64,000 bases of DNA, from NCBI RefSeq assembly GCF_009914755.1, contig NC_060925.1; one strand, written 5' to 3'. The notes under the pieces are model-generated. The model made no database searches, was not told the origin of the DNA, and worked only from the letters and a program-made list of their open reading frames with translations. A program made the position numbers and the translations under genes. This document shows positions 12,573-26,303 of this stretch, piece by piece; within the stretch, counting starts at the first letter, position 1, and every line of letters begins with the position of its first letter. Origin of the DNA: the human T2T-CHM13v2.0 reference genome, Homo sapiens.

Positions 12573-13524
12573 TATATATATCATGAATGGAATGCTGGTA
12601 GAAATATGAATGTTAAAGATGCTTCTGGTAAGGTCTCAGAAGGAAATGAGAAACGTGTTATTAGAAAGGGAAGAAAGGCCATCTTTATTATAAAGTGGCA
12701 GAAGTGTGGATATATTGTTTTCTACTGTCGAGTGGAAACAGAACTTGAAGGCTGTGATGAACTTAGATATTTAGCTGAGGAGATTTCCAAGCAAAGTGTT
12801 GAAGGTGTGGCCTGGTTTCTCTTTGTACTTACAGGAAAATGATACAGAAGATAAATTGAGAAAAGAACCGTTAAGCCAAGAGAAACCAGGGCTTTTTTAT
12901 TTGGGAGGTTCTCAGCCTACCTAGTTCACAAAGGATGCTTAAGTTAAGAAACTCATTGTAGGAAAAGTGTGCCCTAGAGAGAGGGTCAAGGATGTAGCTG
13001 GACAACATTTTGCTAAAGAGATTAGGTATGTCTCATGAACCCAATCGACCATCCCAGAAGAAGCCAGAAATAGAGATAGAGTTATCTAGAATGGATACCC
13101 TTGAAATACAAAGGGGGTCTACAAAGTTTTTGAGACTGTTATACATACAGAAACACTGCTAGCTTGTACAGAAAGGACAGAGATAAGATGAAATGGAAAA
13201 TGAAAATAACTATGGGACCTCTGGGATTCTACAGGCAGGAAATAGGCTAATAGAGCTACTTAACTACAAACACATGCTAACCTTCAAGGAAAAGCAAGAA
13301 TGACTCAGAGCAAAGCTGTGGATGCAGAGGCAGGGTCCAAAGAGGCAGGCCTAGAGGCAGGGGCTGATGGAGTCTCTGTGGTCCCAGAGGGCAGGGGAGT
13401 GAGCCACAGAGGATTATTCTCAGGCCTTGAAACCTAATGGAATTTCCCCTGCTGGATTTCAAGCTTGCTTGGAATGGTGACCCCTTTGTTCCTTCCAATT
13501 TCTCCTTGTTGGGACAGGAATGAC

Positions 13525-14330
<806 letters not shown>

Positions 14331-15302
14331 AATTAATTTGTTTTCTAGTTTAAAAATGGAGAGATTTTGCCCCAAAATGGATCATACCTAGAGTTTCATG
14401 CATACCAGATGGAGATGATTTAGATGATGAGATTTGGGACTTTTGAGCTGATGATATTTCAATGACATTTTAGACTTAGGATACAGTCATGGGCTGAGAC
14501 TTTTGGGAATGTTGGTGTTAGGTGAATGTATTTTGCAAGTGAAATGGGCATGAAATTTGGGTATCACAGGGTGGACTGAAGTTGTTGAATAGTACCCCCA
14601 AAAAGAGATGTCCAAGTCCTAGCCCCCAATACCTGTGACTGTAAACTTATCTGGAAATAGGTCTCTGCAGATGTAATTAAGAATCTCAAGATGAGATAAT
14701 CCTGGATGAGGATGGGCCCTAAATTAAATGATGGGTATCCTTACATGGGGCAGGAAAGAAGACACACAGAAAATGAGGTGATGTGAAGATGGAGGCAGAG
14801 ATTTGGTTGATGCATCTACAACCCAAGGAATGCCAAGAGTTACCAGGAACCACCATAAGCCAGGAGAAAGGCAGGAAACAGATTGTGTCTCAGTGTCTCC
14901 AAAGGAACCAACCCTGCTGGCACCTTGATTTTGGACTTCTAGCCTCCACAACTGTGACAGAATAAGTTTCTATTGTTTTAAGCCTCCTGGTTTGTGGTAA
15001 TTTGTTAACTCCTGGCAGCCCTAGGAAATTCACACTACCTTGGATCAGCACATTTGACTCTGAACACTGACTTTTGCTGCTTTCCCTGCTTTGTATTTCA
15101 TCAACGCACATTATGATAATTTTGTAAAATATTCTTTTATATTTTTTATGCATATGTGATGGTTAATACTGAGCATCAACTTGACTGGATTGAAGGATAC
15201 AAAGTATTGATCCTGGGTGTGTCTGTGAAGGTGTTGCCAAAACAGATTAGCATTTCAGTCAGTGGAATGGGGAAGGCAGATCCATCCTTAATCTGGTGGG
15301 CA

Positions 15303-15331
15303 CAATCTAATCAGCTGCCAGTGAATATAAA
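15303..15331 (+). promoter_or_regulatory. MLT2A1 5' LTR promoter core: DUX4-type motif CAATCTAATCA plus TATAAA
   Basis: Motif at 15303-13, TATA at 15326-31; same pair at 21457-67 and 21480-85 in the 3' LTR. Confidence 0.6.
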
Positions 15332-15533
15332 GCAGGCAGAAAAATGTGAAAAGGAGAGACTGACCTAGCCACCCAGCCTACATCTTTCTCCTGTGCTGGA
15401 TGCTTCCTGCCCTCGAACATCAAACTGAAGTTCTTCAGTTTTGGGACTTGGACTGGCTCTCCTTGCTCCTCAGCTTGCAGGCAGCCTATTGTGGGACCTT
15501 GGGATCATGTAAGTTAATACTTAATAAACTGCC

Positions 15534-15536
<3 letters not shown>

Positions 15537-15593
<57 letters not shown>

Positions 15594-15615
15594 AATAGCA
15601 GATATATATATATAT
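15537..15615. repeat. (TA)n microsatellite expanded in the 5' LTR
   Basis: Long TA run; only a short TA-rich patch at the equivalent 3' LTR position. Confidence 0.92.
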
Positions 15616-15708
15616 CTGCTATTAGTTCTGTCCCTCTAGAGAATCCTAACTAATACAGATTTTGGTATTAAGGATGAACCCTAATTAATACAGATTTTGG
15701 TATTAAGG

Positions 15709-17474
15709 ATGGAGTTCTTTCATTGGTTTTGGGGTTTCTGGAGTTGGCTGCTTAATATGATTAGACCCAAAAATGCTAAGGACTCTACTTCTAATAGTAT
15801 GGAGAACACTGATAGTCCTTGGCATGAACTGTTTAGAGAGTTATGCAAAATAAATGCATTTGACACTCTTGATTCACGGTTCATTGAGAGGCAAGGAGTT
15901 TAGTGACTACATAATACCTTTGACCATATGTGGAGAACCAAGGAACATAATGAAGCTGGTTGGTTGCTCCTAAGTTCAGTAGACAGTGATGAAAGAAAAT
16001 GATGAACTCAGGGATTCTATCTCCCAGCTTCAGAAGCAGATACTGAGCCTCAAGTATGCTAAGACTGTCCTGAGTTAGAGTCTTATCTCCTGTAGAGAAA
16101 GAGCTGAAATTGTGTAAAAACAGACACAAGCTCTTATCATGTGAGTGGCTGACCTGCAATGAAAAATGCATGCACAGCCTTGCCAGGCGTCTATTGTTAA
16201 AGTGAGGGCATTGATTGGAAAAGAATGGGACTCTGAAACTTAGAATGGGGACATGTAGGAGGACCCTGATGAAGCTGGGGACATGTAGGAGGACCCTGAT
16301 GAAGCTGGGGACATTGAGTTTGTAAACTCTTATGAACCTTTTTTTGCCAGAAGGAACAGCTTCTCCATTCCCAATAGTGGCAACATCCCCTCCCCGACCC
16401 ATGCTGCCATCAGCCTTTCCACCTTTGTCTGAGAAGGTAAACCCTGTGCTGCCAGAGGCAACAGTCAAGGCCTCCCCTGAAGCAGTTGCCAGGCAAGATA
16501 ATGTTGATTCTCTTTGAGAGGCACCCCCAACACCTCTGTTTGCTTCTAGACCTATAACTGGACTAAAGTCCCAGCAGGCCCCTAGAGGTGAGGTTGAGAG
16601 TGTGACCCATGAGGAGGTATGCTACACTCGAACTGTTTGAGTTCTCTGATTTATATAAACAGAAATCTGGAGAACAGGCATGGGAATGGATATTAAGAGT
16701 GTGGGATAATGGTGGAAGGAACATAGTGTTGGATCAGGCTGAATTTATTGATTTGGACCCACTAAGTAGGGACTCTGCATTTAATGTTGCAGCTCAGGGA
16801 GTTAAAAAAGGTTCTAATAGTTTATTTGCTTGGTTAGCTGAAATATGGATAAAAGATGGCCCACTGTGAGCGAGATGGAAATGCCTGATCTCCCTTGGTT
16901 TAATGTAGAGGAAGAGATCCAAAGGCTCAGGGAGACTGGGATGGTGGAGTGGATTAGTCACTTTAGACCTACTCATTCCAGCTGGGAGGGTCCAGAAGAT
17001 ATACCCTTGACCAAGGCATTGTGAAACAGATTTGTGAGGGCAGCACTTGCATCTTTGAAGAGCCCTGTAATTGCTCTTCTCTGCATGTCAGATCTAACGG
17101 TGGGAACTGCAGTCACTCAACTAAAAAATTTAAATACAATGGGAATAATTGGATCCCGAGGTGGCAGGGTCCAAGTGGTGGCACTCAACCATCAAAGGCA
17201 AGGTGGGTGTAGCTACTGTAATGTACAGCAGAGGCAAAATGGCAATCAGAATAGTCTGACTTATGTAGAGCTCTGTCATTGGCTAATTAATCCTGGTATT
17301 CCTAGAAGTGAAATTGGTAGGAAGCCTACTGCATTCCTACTTAATTTATACAAGCAGAAAGCTTCCAAGTCAAATGGGCAAAAGACTAATTTGAATTATA
17401 AAAACAGAGAATCACAGCCTCTCAGTCAATTTCCATTCTTGAGCCAGTTTACAGATGCATAACCCCTTGAATGA
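15709..17474 (+). pseudogene. HERV-L gag remnant with stops and frameshifts
   Basis: Fragments DSPWHELF, GEQAWEWILRVWDNGGRNI, GIIGSRGGR. Confidence 0.85.
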
Positions 17475-20400
17475 AGGGGAGGCAGGGTCCTCTTGAGGAA
17501 GGACCCCACTATATTACCAACAATTTATGCAGTGAATCTTTCTTCTATCCTTCTCCAAGGAGACCTCTGGCCTTTTACCAGGGTGACTGTGCATTGGGGA
17601 AAGGGAAGTGATTAGACATTTCAAGGACTACTGGACACTGGCTCTGAGCTGATGTTGATTCCAGGGGACCCAAAACGTTATTGTGGTCCTCCAGTTAAAG
17701 TAGGAGCTTATGGAGGTCAGGTAATTAATGGAGTTTTAGCTCAGGTACAACTTACAGTGGGTCCAGTGGGTTCCCAGACTCATCCTATGGTCATTTCCCC
17801 AGTGCCAGAATGCATAATTGGCATAGATATACTTAGCAGCTGGAAGAACCCCCACATTGGCTCCCTGACTGGTAGGGTGAGGGCTATGATGGTGGGAAAG
17901 GCCAAATAGAAGCCATTAGAGCTGACTCTATCTAGAAAAATAGTAAATCAAAAACAATATCACATCCCTGGAGGGATTGCGGAGATTAGTGCCACAATCA
18001 AGGACTTGAAAGATGCAGGGGTGATGATTCCCACCACATCCCCATTCAACTCTCCCATTTGGCCTGTGCAGAAGACTCATGGATCTTGGAGAATGACAAT
18101 GGATTATTGTGAGCTTAACCAAGTGGTGACTCCAATTGCAGCTGCCTGTACCAGATGTGGTTTCACTGCTTAAGCAAATTAACACATCTCCTGGTACCTG
18201 GTATGCAGCCATTGACAAGGCAAATGCTCTTTTTTCCATTCCTGTCCATAAGGCCCACCAGAAGCAATTTGCCTTCAGCTGGCAAGGCCAACAATATACC
18301 TTTACTGTCCTACCTCAGGGGTGTATCAACTCTCCAGCTTTGTGTGATAATCTTATTCAGAAAGACCTTGATCACTTTTTGCTTCCGCAAGATATCACAC
18401 TGGTTCATTACATTGATGACCTTATGCTGATTGGATCCAGTGAGCAAAAAGTAGCAAACACACTGGACTTATTGACAAGACATTTGCATGCCAGAGGATG
18501 GGAAATAAATCCGACTAAAATTCAGGGAACTTCTACCTCAGTAAAATTTCCAGGGGTACAGTGGTATGGGGCCTGTTGAGATATTCCTTCTAAGGCGAAG
18601 GATATGTTGCTGCATTTGGCCCCTCCTACAACCAAGAAAGAGGCACAGTCTAGTAGGCCTATTTGGAATTTGGAAGCAACATATTCCTCATTTGGTGTGT
18701 TGCTCTGGCCCATTTATCAAGTGACCTGAAAGGCTGCCAATTTTGAGTGGGGTCCAGAATGGGAAAAGGCTCTGCAACAGGTCCAGGCTGCTGTGCAAGC
18801 TGCTGTGCCAACTGGGCCATATGACCCAGCGGATCCAATGGTGCTTGAGGTGTCAGTGACAGATCGGGATGCTGTTTGGAGCCTTTGGCAGGCCCCCATA
18901 GGTGAATCACAGCAGAAGCCCCTAGGATTTTGGAGCAAGGCCCTGCCATCTTCTGCAGCTAACTACTCTCCTTTTGAGAGACACCTGTTGGTCTGTTACT
19001 GGGCTTTGGTGGAAACTGAACGTTTGACTATGGGTCACCAAGTCACCATGCGACCTGAACTGCCTATCATGAACAGGGTGCTTTCTGACCCATCTAGCCA
19101 TAAAGTGGGTGGTGCACAGCAGCATTCCATCATCAAATGGAAGTGGTATATATGTGATCAGGCTCGAGCAGGTCCTGAAGGCACAAGTAAGTTACATGAG
19201 GAAGTGGCTCAAATGCCCATGGCCTCCACTCCTGCCACCATGCCTTCTCTCCCCTACCCTGCACTGATGGACTCATGGGGAGTTCCCTATGATCAGTTGA
19301 CAGAGGAAGAGAAGACTGAGGCCTGGTTCACAGATGGTTCTGCAAGATATGCAGGCACCACCCGAAAGTAGACAGCTGCAGCACTACAGCCCCTTTCTAG
19401 GACATCCCTGAAGAATAGCAGTGAAGGGAAATCTTCCCAGTGGGCAGAACTTCAAGCAGTGCACCTGGCTGTGCACTTTGCATGGAAGGAGAAATGGCCA
19501 GATGTGCGATTATATACTGATTCATGGGCTGTAGCCAATGGTTTGGCTGGATGGTCAGGGACTTTGAAGAAGTATGACTGGAAAATTGGTGACAAAGAAA
19601 TTTGGGGAAGAGGTATGTGGATGGAACTCTGTGAGTGGTCAAAAACCATGAAGATATTTGTATCCTATGTGAGTGCTCATCAAAGGGTGACCTCAGCAGA
19701 GAAGGATTTTAATAATCAAGTGGATAGGATGACCCATTCTGTGGACACCACTCAGCCTCTTTTCCCAGCCACCCAATGGGTCCATGAAAAAAGTGGCCAT
19801 GGTGGCAGGGATGGGGGTTACACATGGACTCAGCAACATGGACTTCCACTCACCAAGGCTGTCCTGGCTATGGCCACTGCTGAGTGCCCAATTTGCCAGC
19901 AGCAGAAACCAACATTGAGCCCTTGATATGGCACGATTCCTTGGGGTGAACAACCAGCTACCTGGTGGCAGGTTGATTATATTGGACCTCTTCCATCATG
20001 GAAAGGGCAGAGGTTTGTCCTCACTGGAATAGACACTCACTCCAGATATGGGTTTGCCTATCCTGTATGCAATGCTTCTGCCAAGACAACCATCCATGGA
20101 CTCACGGAATGCCTTATCCACCGTCATGGTATTCCACACAGCCTTGCCTCTGACCAAGCACTCACTTTGCAGCTAAAAAAAAGTGTGGCAGTGGGCTCAT
20201 GCTCATGGAATTCACTGGTCTTACTATGTTATCCATCATCCTGAAGCAGCTGGATTGATAAAACAGTGGAATGGCCTTTTGAAGTCACAATTACAACACC
20301 AACTAGGTGACAATACTTTGCAGGGCTGGTGCAAAGTTCTTCAGAAGGCCATGTATGTTCTGAATCAGCATCCAATATATGGTACTTTTTCTCCCATAGC

Positions 20401-21006
20401 CAGGATTTACGGGTCCAGGAATCAAGGGGTGGAAGTGGAAGTGGCACCACTCACCATCACCCCTAGTGATCCACTAACAAAATTTTTGCTTCCTTTTCCC
20501 ATGACATTATGTTCTGCTGGCCTACGGGTCTTCGTTCCAGAGGGAGGAACGCTGCTACCAGGAAACACAACGATTCCATTAAACTAGAAGTTAAGATTGC
20601 CACCTGGACACTTTAGATTCCTCGTACCTTTAAATCAACAGGCTAAGAAGGGAGTTATAGTGTTGGCTAGGGTGATTGACCTGGACTATCAAGATGAAAT
20701 CAGTCTACCACTCCACAATGGAAATAAGGAGGAATATGCATGGAATACAGGAGATCCATTAGGGCATCTCTTAGTATTAAGAGATCCTGTGATTAAGGTC
20801 AATGGGAAACTACAACAGCTTAATCCAGGCAGGACTACAAATGGCCCAGACCCCTCAGGAATGAAGGTTTGGTCACTCCACCAGGAAAAACACCATGACC
20901 TGCTGAGGTGCTTGCTGAAGGCAAAGTGAATACAGAATGGATAGCAAAAGAAAGTAGTCATCAATATCTGCTATGACCACGTGACCAGCTGCAGAAGCAG
21001 GGACTG
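17475..21006 (+). pseudogene. HERV-L pol remnant: protease, RT, RNase H, integrase, dUTPase
   Basis: LDTGS at 17631, LPQG, YIDD at 18409-20, WFTDGS, LYTDS, HHCC (H..GHGG..CPIC), WQVDYIGPLP, VIDLDYQDEI dUTPase-like motif. Confidence 0.92.
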
Positions 21007-21952
21007 TAATGGTCATGAGTATTTCCTCCTTCTTTTGCTAAAAATATGTTTGTGCATGTATACACTTGTGCTAAGGAAATATCTTTATTTCATTTCCTTT
21101 TCCTTTATCATATGACATAGGATTTATTGACCTCACATAAGCATTGAAGTATTGTTAACTTTATGTAATAGTATTTGGGTTGGGGATTGGTGCATTTCCT
21201 GTTGTACAAAGGATAGTCGTATTATGTTAGGTGTAATTATGACCTTATTATTGTCTTTATTTGAAGATTATGTATGATCTCAGGAGATGTGTATGGGTTC
21301 AAGTTGACAAGGGGTGGACTTGTGATGATTAATATTGAGTGTCAACTTGGCTGGATTGAAGGATACAAAGTATTGATCCTGGGTGTGTCTGTGAGGGTGT
21401 TGCCAAAACAGATTAACATGCTGGGGAAGGCAGAGCTACCCTTAATCTGGTGGGCACAATCTAATCAGCTGCCAGTGAATATAAAGCAGGCAGAAAAACA
21501 TGAAAAGGAGAGACTGGCCTAGCCTCCCAGCCTACATTTTTCTCCCGTGCTGGATGCTTCCTGCCCTCAAACATCGGACTCCAAGTTCTTCAGTTTTGGA
21601 ACTCAGACTGGCTCTTCTTGCTCCTCAGCTTGTAGACAGCCTATTGTGGGACCTTGTCAGCATGTAAGTTAATACTTACTAAACTCCCCTTTACACATAT
21701 ATATTATATATCTTATTAGTTCTGTCCCTCTAGAGAACCCTGACCAATGCAGCATAGCTTCCTCATCCCCTGACACATCTCCCTGCAGGAGAGCTCCTCC
21801 TCCAGTGGGGCTCTTGCCCCTCCTCTCACGTGTTCCACCTTCCTCTCCAGCCCTGAATTTCTTGAACAGCAGAGGGAGATGAGTAGGTACACACACAGGC
21901 CCCTGGGCTCGCAGCCCAGCTCAGGCCTGCATGAGCTTGCAGAGGTACCCAC

Positions 21953-22059
21953 CTGGGAGGAGAGTCCATTGGTGAGCCCACTGGCATTCCTTCTTACCAC
22001 TGCTGATGGGGTCACCTCATCATCAGTGGGCGATTTTGTCCGAGGGGGCACAACGCCAA
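21953..22059 (-). CDS. PLEKHA6: PLEKHA6 exon VGVVPPRTKSPTDDEV...NGLSSQ
   Basis: 107 nt, phase 1/0, donor GTGGGT. Confidence 0.95.
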
Positions 22060-22262
22060 CTGCAGAAAGACAGAGTAGCCAGTGGGCCTCATGGAGAGCA
22101 GGAAGGCAGGAAGCCTCCTTCTCAGAGACAATCTCAGCCCCACTCTCCACCGAGATTAAAAAGCCCAGGGTGTGGCACCAGGTTTTGGGTGTGAATGAGC
22201 ACCCAGGGCTCCTCCCTGAGCATCCTTGCCTTACTTCTAGGGGAAGATGGGACAGAAAGTAC

Positions 22263-22392
22263 CTTTGTTGAGAGCTGCCTGCTTCTCTGCCTCTACCTCT
22301 TGCCTGGTGGGCACAAGGCTGATGTCTCTGGGGGTGTCCAGGGGCAATGTCTGGTGGGGGTCTTTCTTGCTTTGTTCATAGTTTGCCTTGGG
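22263..22392 (-). CDS. PLEKHA6: PLEKHA6 exon PKANYEQSKK...EKQAALNK
   Basis: 130 nt, phase 0/1. Confidence 0.94.
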
Positions 22393-23691
22393 CTGGGGAG
22401 AAAGGGTGAGAAGATGGTTGATGTTAGTATGGCTGTCAGGAACTTGGCCCCCAGTGATGTTTCTTTGTTTTTTAATGGTTGAAGCTCAAACCCTTGCAGA
22501 TACAAGGAACAAGGAAATTCTATGTGTGCCGCCTGGGAGGCGGACAGGAATGCACTGGAGCCTCCCATTCGTGCACTTTAAGACTGGTCAATGATGGGCC
22601 ATCTTGAGGAATGATTGCTCATGGCCCCTAGGAGGCCCCTCAACCTGACCATTTGTCTTGGCTGGCACTAAGAACCACAGACTTGCTGTGAGCCAGATTC
22701 AAGGAATGGCCGGTGGGGGGTCTCTGAGGATCCTGTAGGGAATCCTACCCAAGACATGAGCAAACAGAACCAGGCGGGCCTTGGTACCAGGATTCTAGGG
22801 AAATGAAAAGGGCACTTAGTGTGTGGGCTCACAAAAACATGAGACTAGAAGAGACCTCAGCCATCATCTGAGCCACTGCTCCCATGGTACAGTTGAAGAA
22901 TCTAAGCCTCAGTGAGAAGAATACAAAAAGAAGACCAGGCTAAAGGTCAGCAGCTCCAGTTCTAGCCCAACTAGAGAACAGAGGTCCCCTTTCTTCACCT
23001 GTCACATACGGGTAACATTACCTGCTCTGCCCATCTCACCAGGCAAACACTCAAGGGTTATGCAAATTATACATAGCTAAACCTAGATGAGCATATGAGT
23101 TTTCCAATTTTAGGCACAGGACTCTTTCTACTCACCACACAACCTCTTCCAAACCTAACTGCATATCTCCTGGATCTTGGCTAGGGATGCAGGTGAGAGA
23201 ATGAGCCAGAACAGGAGAGAAAAGGGCCTGTATCCTTATACTACAGGGACTCATGAAACCCAACGAGGATACAACACAAAGTGGAGGCAGAGAGACAGCA
23301 TGGGTGGAGTGGGGCCTGGGATGGGCACACGAAGGGATCGGAATGGCACTGCTGAGAGTATCACTCAGTCCCCACTGGCTGGTCATGTTGGTAGGGAGTG
23401 GGGCTTAATACCAGCACCCACAAACACTGGCTGCCCATGAGCCTGGGGTTGGAGCAGTAACTCATGTCCCCATCACCTACAGAAAGCAAAAAGGCACAGA
23501 AAGATGGCCTGTATGATGGCTTCAACTATCCTTTCCTTATCCCAGAGTCCAGCTGGGCAGGGGTGCCGTAGAAACCGACCTTTGGGAAAATTAATGGGGA
23601 AAATGACTCCAGGGCCCTGCCTTGCCCCTTGGCCTGGCCCTTTGCCCATTGTCCCCTGCCCCACCCTCCAGGACCCAAGGGTGATGGGTAC

Positions 23692-23841
23692 CTGCCCCCT
23701 GGCTGTCTCGCCACTGCGGTGCCAGGAAGGGGAGCTGGGGTAGGGCCAGAAGCGGCTCTCGCTAGGGAGTGGAGGGACGGCTGGAGGAGACTCCAGGGGG
23801 ACGTAGGCTTTGGGGAGGGGAGGCCGAGGCGGGCCAGGTTC
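23692..23841 (-). CDS. PLEKHA6: PLEKHA6 proline-rich cassette exon EPGPPRPPLPKAYVPLESPPAVPPLPSESRFWPYPSSPSWHRSGETARGQ (50 aa)
   Basis: 150 nt, phase 0/0, no stops, acceptor tctgcctcag, donor CAG/GTACCC; read by hand because it is not in the ORF track. Confidence 0.85.
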
Positions 23842-24224
23842 CTGAGGCAGACAGAAGCCAGAGCATTAGGAGGAACAAGAGCAGCCACTGTGAGAGCAGG
23901 AGAAAAGAGCGTTAGCAGGAGGCAGACAACAACATTGCTGGAGACCTGGGTGGGCCCCTGGGACCACTGCACTCCCACCCGTGGCCTGAAGAGAGTGCCA
24001 GCTCTGAAGCCAACTCTCTGCCTGACCTTCAAGGCCTTCCTTGACCCAGCCTCTACCTGTCCACCACTCCCCACTGCTCCCCAAGTTTTCCCCAAAGCTC
24101 TCTCATTGCCTCGCCCCCATGCCAGGCAGCTCCTCTCCCACCCTTTTGCTTCCACCCACTCTCCTGCCTAGAATGCCTTTCCCTTGTTCCTCTCCCTGTC
24201 TTGCTGCTCTGTGGCCTGGTTTAG

Positions 24225-25010
<786 letters not shown>

Positions 25011-25440
25011 CACGTGTGTATCTTTCTAAGAGGGCCTCATGGTACCCCATGCCCACAGTCGAGCCCCAGAAAACACTTGCTGATTGACTGACTAGGAAAC
25101 TGCTCCCCACACTGACCCTTAACCCTGTTGCTATCCTGGTATCATCCTAGATTTAAATTCTTCTGAAATGCATGCTGTCTGCTATCCATCCTGGTGCCCA
25201 GGAACAGGCTTCACTGCAAGGGAGCTAAAGATGACAGATGGAGATGAGAACAGGTAAAGGGGAAACCTGGAGAGAAGTTCACAAAATGGGGTGTGAGAAT
25301 GACCTCCTTAAACAAAGAGCTCCAGCACTAGGGCTGGAGGCCTGTGGGGAAGAGATGGGCACAGAAGTTGTATAGTTTCAGACAAACGAGGATCTGGTCC
25401 TCCCTCCCCCACCTACCTTCTACTCCATTTCTCAACTTAC

Positions 25441-25580
25441 CTCGTTGGAGCCAGGCTTGGTGGGGGACCCCTGAGAGCCCGACACCAGTGAAAAGGGGCT
25501 CAGGGGGCTGGTGAGGCTGGCAGAGCTGAGGGGGCTGGCCGGGCTGTTGGAGCTGTAGGTGGCTGAGGGGCCAAGTCCTC
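25441..25580 (-). CDS. PLEKHA6: PLEKHA6 Ser/Pro-rich exon GLGPSATYSSNSPASP...KPGSNE
   Basis: 140 nt, phase 1/0, donor GTAAGT. Confidence 0.94.
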
Positions 25581-26191
25581 CTTGGGGGAAACAAGGGGAT
25601 GGGTGAGCAATGGAGGAGGGGTGCGGCCTGGTGGGTAGATGGGCACTGTGAGTGGAGGTGGCAGGGAGAAGCCAGATCCAGGGATGTGGAAGGGCAGATT
25701 TAGTGTCTCAGGGCTACCTGGGCCTGCCAAAGGGGCTCATTACAGGTTCTGGGGCCACAGGCTGGCTGTTGAGAGGTGTGCTGGGTGGGGAAGACGGTAG
25801 ATGGAAATGATACTGTTGTCCCTGAGGTGTCAAGGAAAGCCAGTCTGAGGTCCCAGGGCTCAAGGAAAACTCTAAGGTAGGGGTCACATGTCACAAGTGG
25901 GCCCATGTGCTTGGGGGCTGGGGAGGCTTAGGTGCTTTTGACCTTTTCTGGGGAGGACTTTAGAGTGTCAGGGTCAACAGTGTCTCTGAGTTGTTTATTT
26001 GGTCTATTCTGTGGGGGGTAAGGGACCCCTACCTACCACCCTAGAACCCAGGGGAAGATTCTGGTGTCCCAAGAAGGCCCTGCCTGGCTCTGAACACAGT
26101 GTGAGCTGGCAGGAGTGGGATGGAGGTCAGAAATACTGGAGCACTCCTGGTGAGGCAGGCAGCCTAGGAGGCTGGCACAGGAGGCACCCAC

Positions 26192-26303
26192 CTCTGTGCT
26201 TGGCGGTGTCCGTGCCCCGGGAGGGGTTGTTCTTCCTCAGCCCCTCCATCACGTCCTGGATCCTCCAGATCTCCTTTTGGATTTGCCGGTTCAGCACCTC
26301 ATT
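26192..26303 (-). CDS. PLEKHA6: PLEKHA6 exon NEVLNRQIQKEIWRIQDVMEGLRKN...TAKHR
   Basis: 112 nt, phase 0/1; IQKExWRIQDVxxGL motif shared with PLEKHA5/7. Confidence 0.96.

Larger units (their letters stand above)
15155..21751 (+). mobile_element. Full-length HERV-L provirus with MLT2A1 LTRs (15155-15657 and 21321-21751)
   Basis: Perfect 5-bp TSD GCATA (15150-54 and 21752-56), TG...CA LTRs, PPT 21309-20, gag-pro-RT-RNaseH-IN-dUTPase remnants, no env. Confidence 0.95.

Noticed and set aside
16246-16314. CRISPR-like or other prokaryotic repeat array
   Set aside because: A simple two-copy tandem duplication without spacers, in clearly primate DNA
15709-21006. HERV-L as an intact or domesticated coding element
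   Set aside because: Many stops and frameshifts; the longest sense fragment is under 200 aa
23526-24171. Overlapping 209-aa (-) and 180-aa (+) ORFs
   Set aside because: Wrong frame or strand; the real exon is the 150-nt proline-rich cassette in another frame
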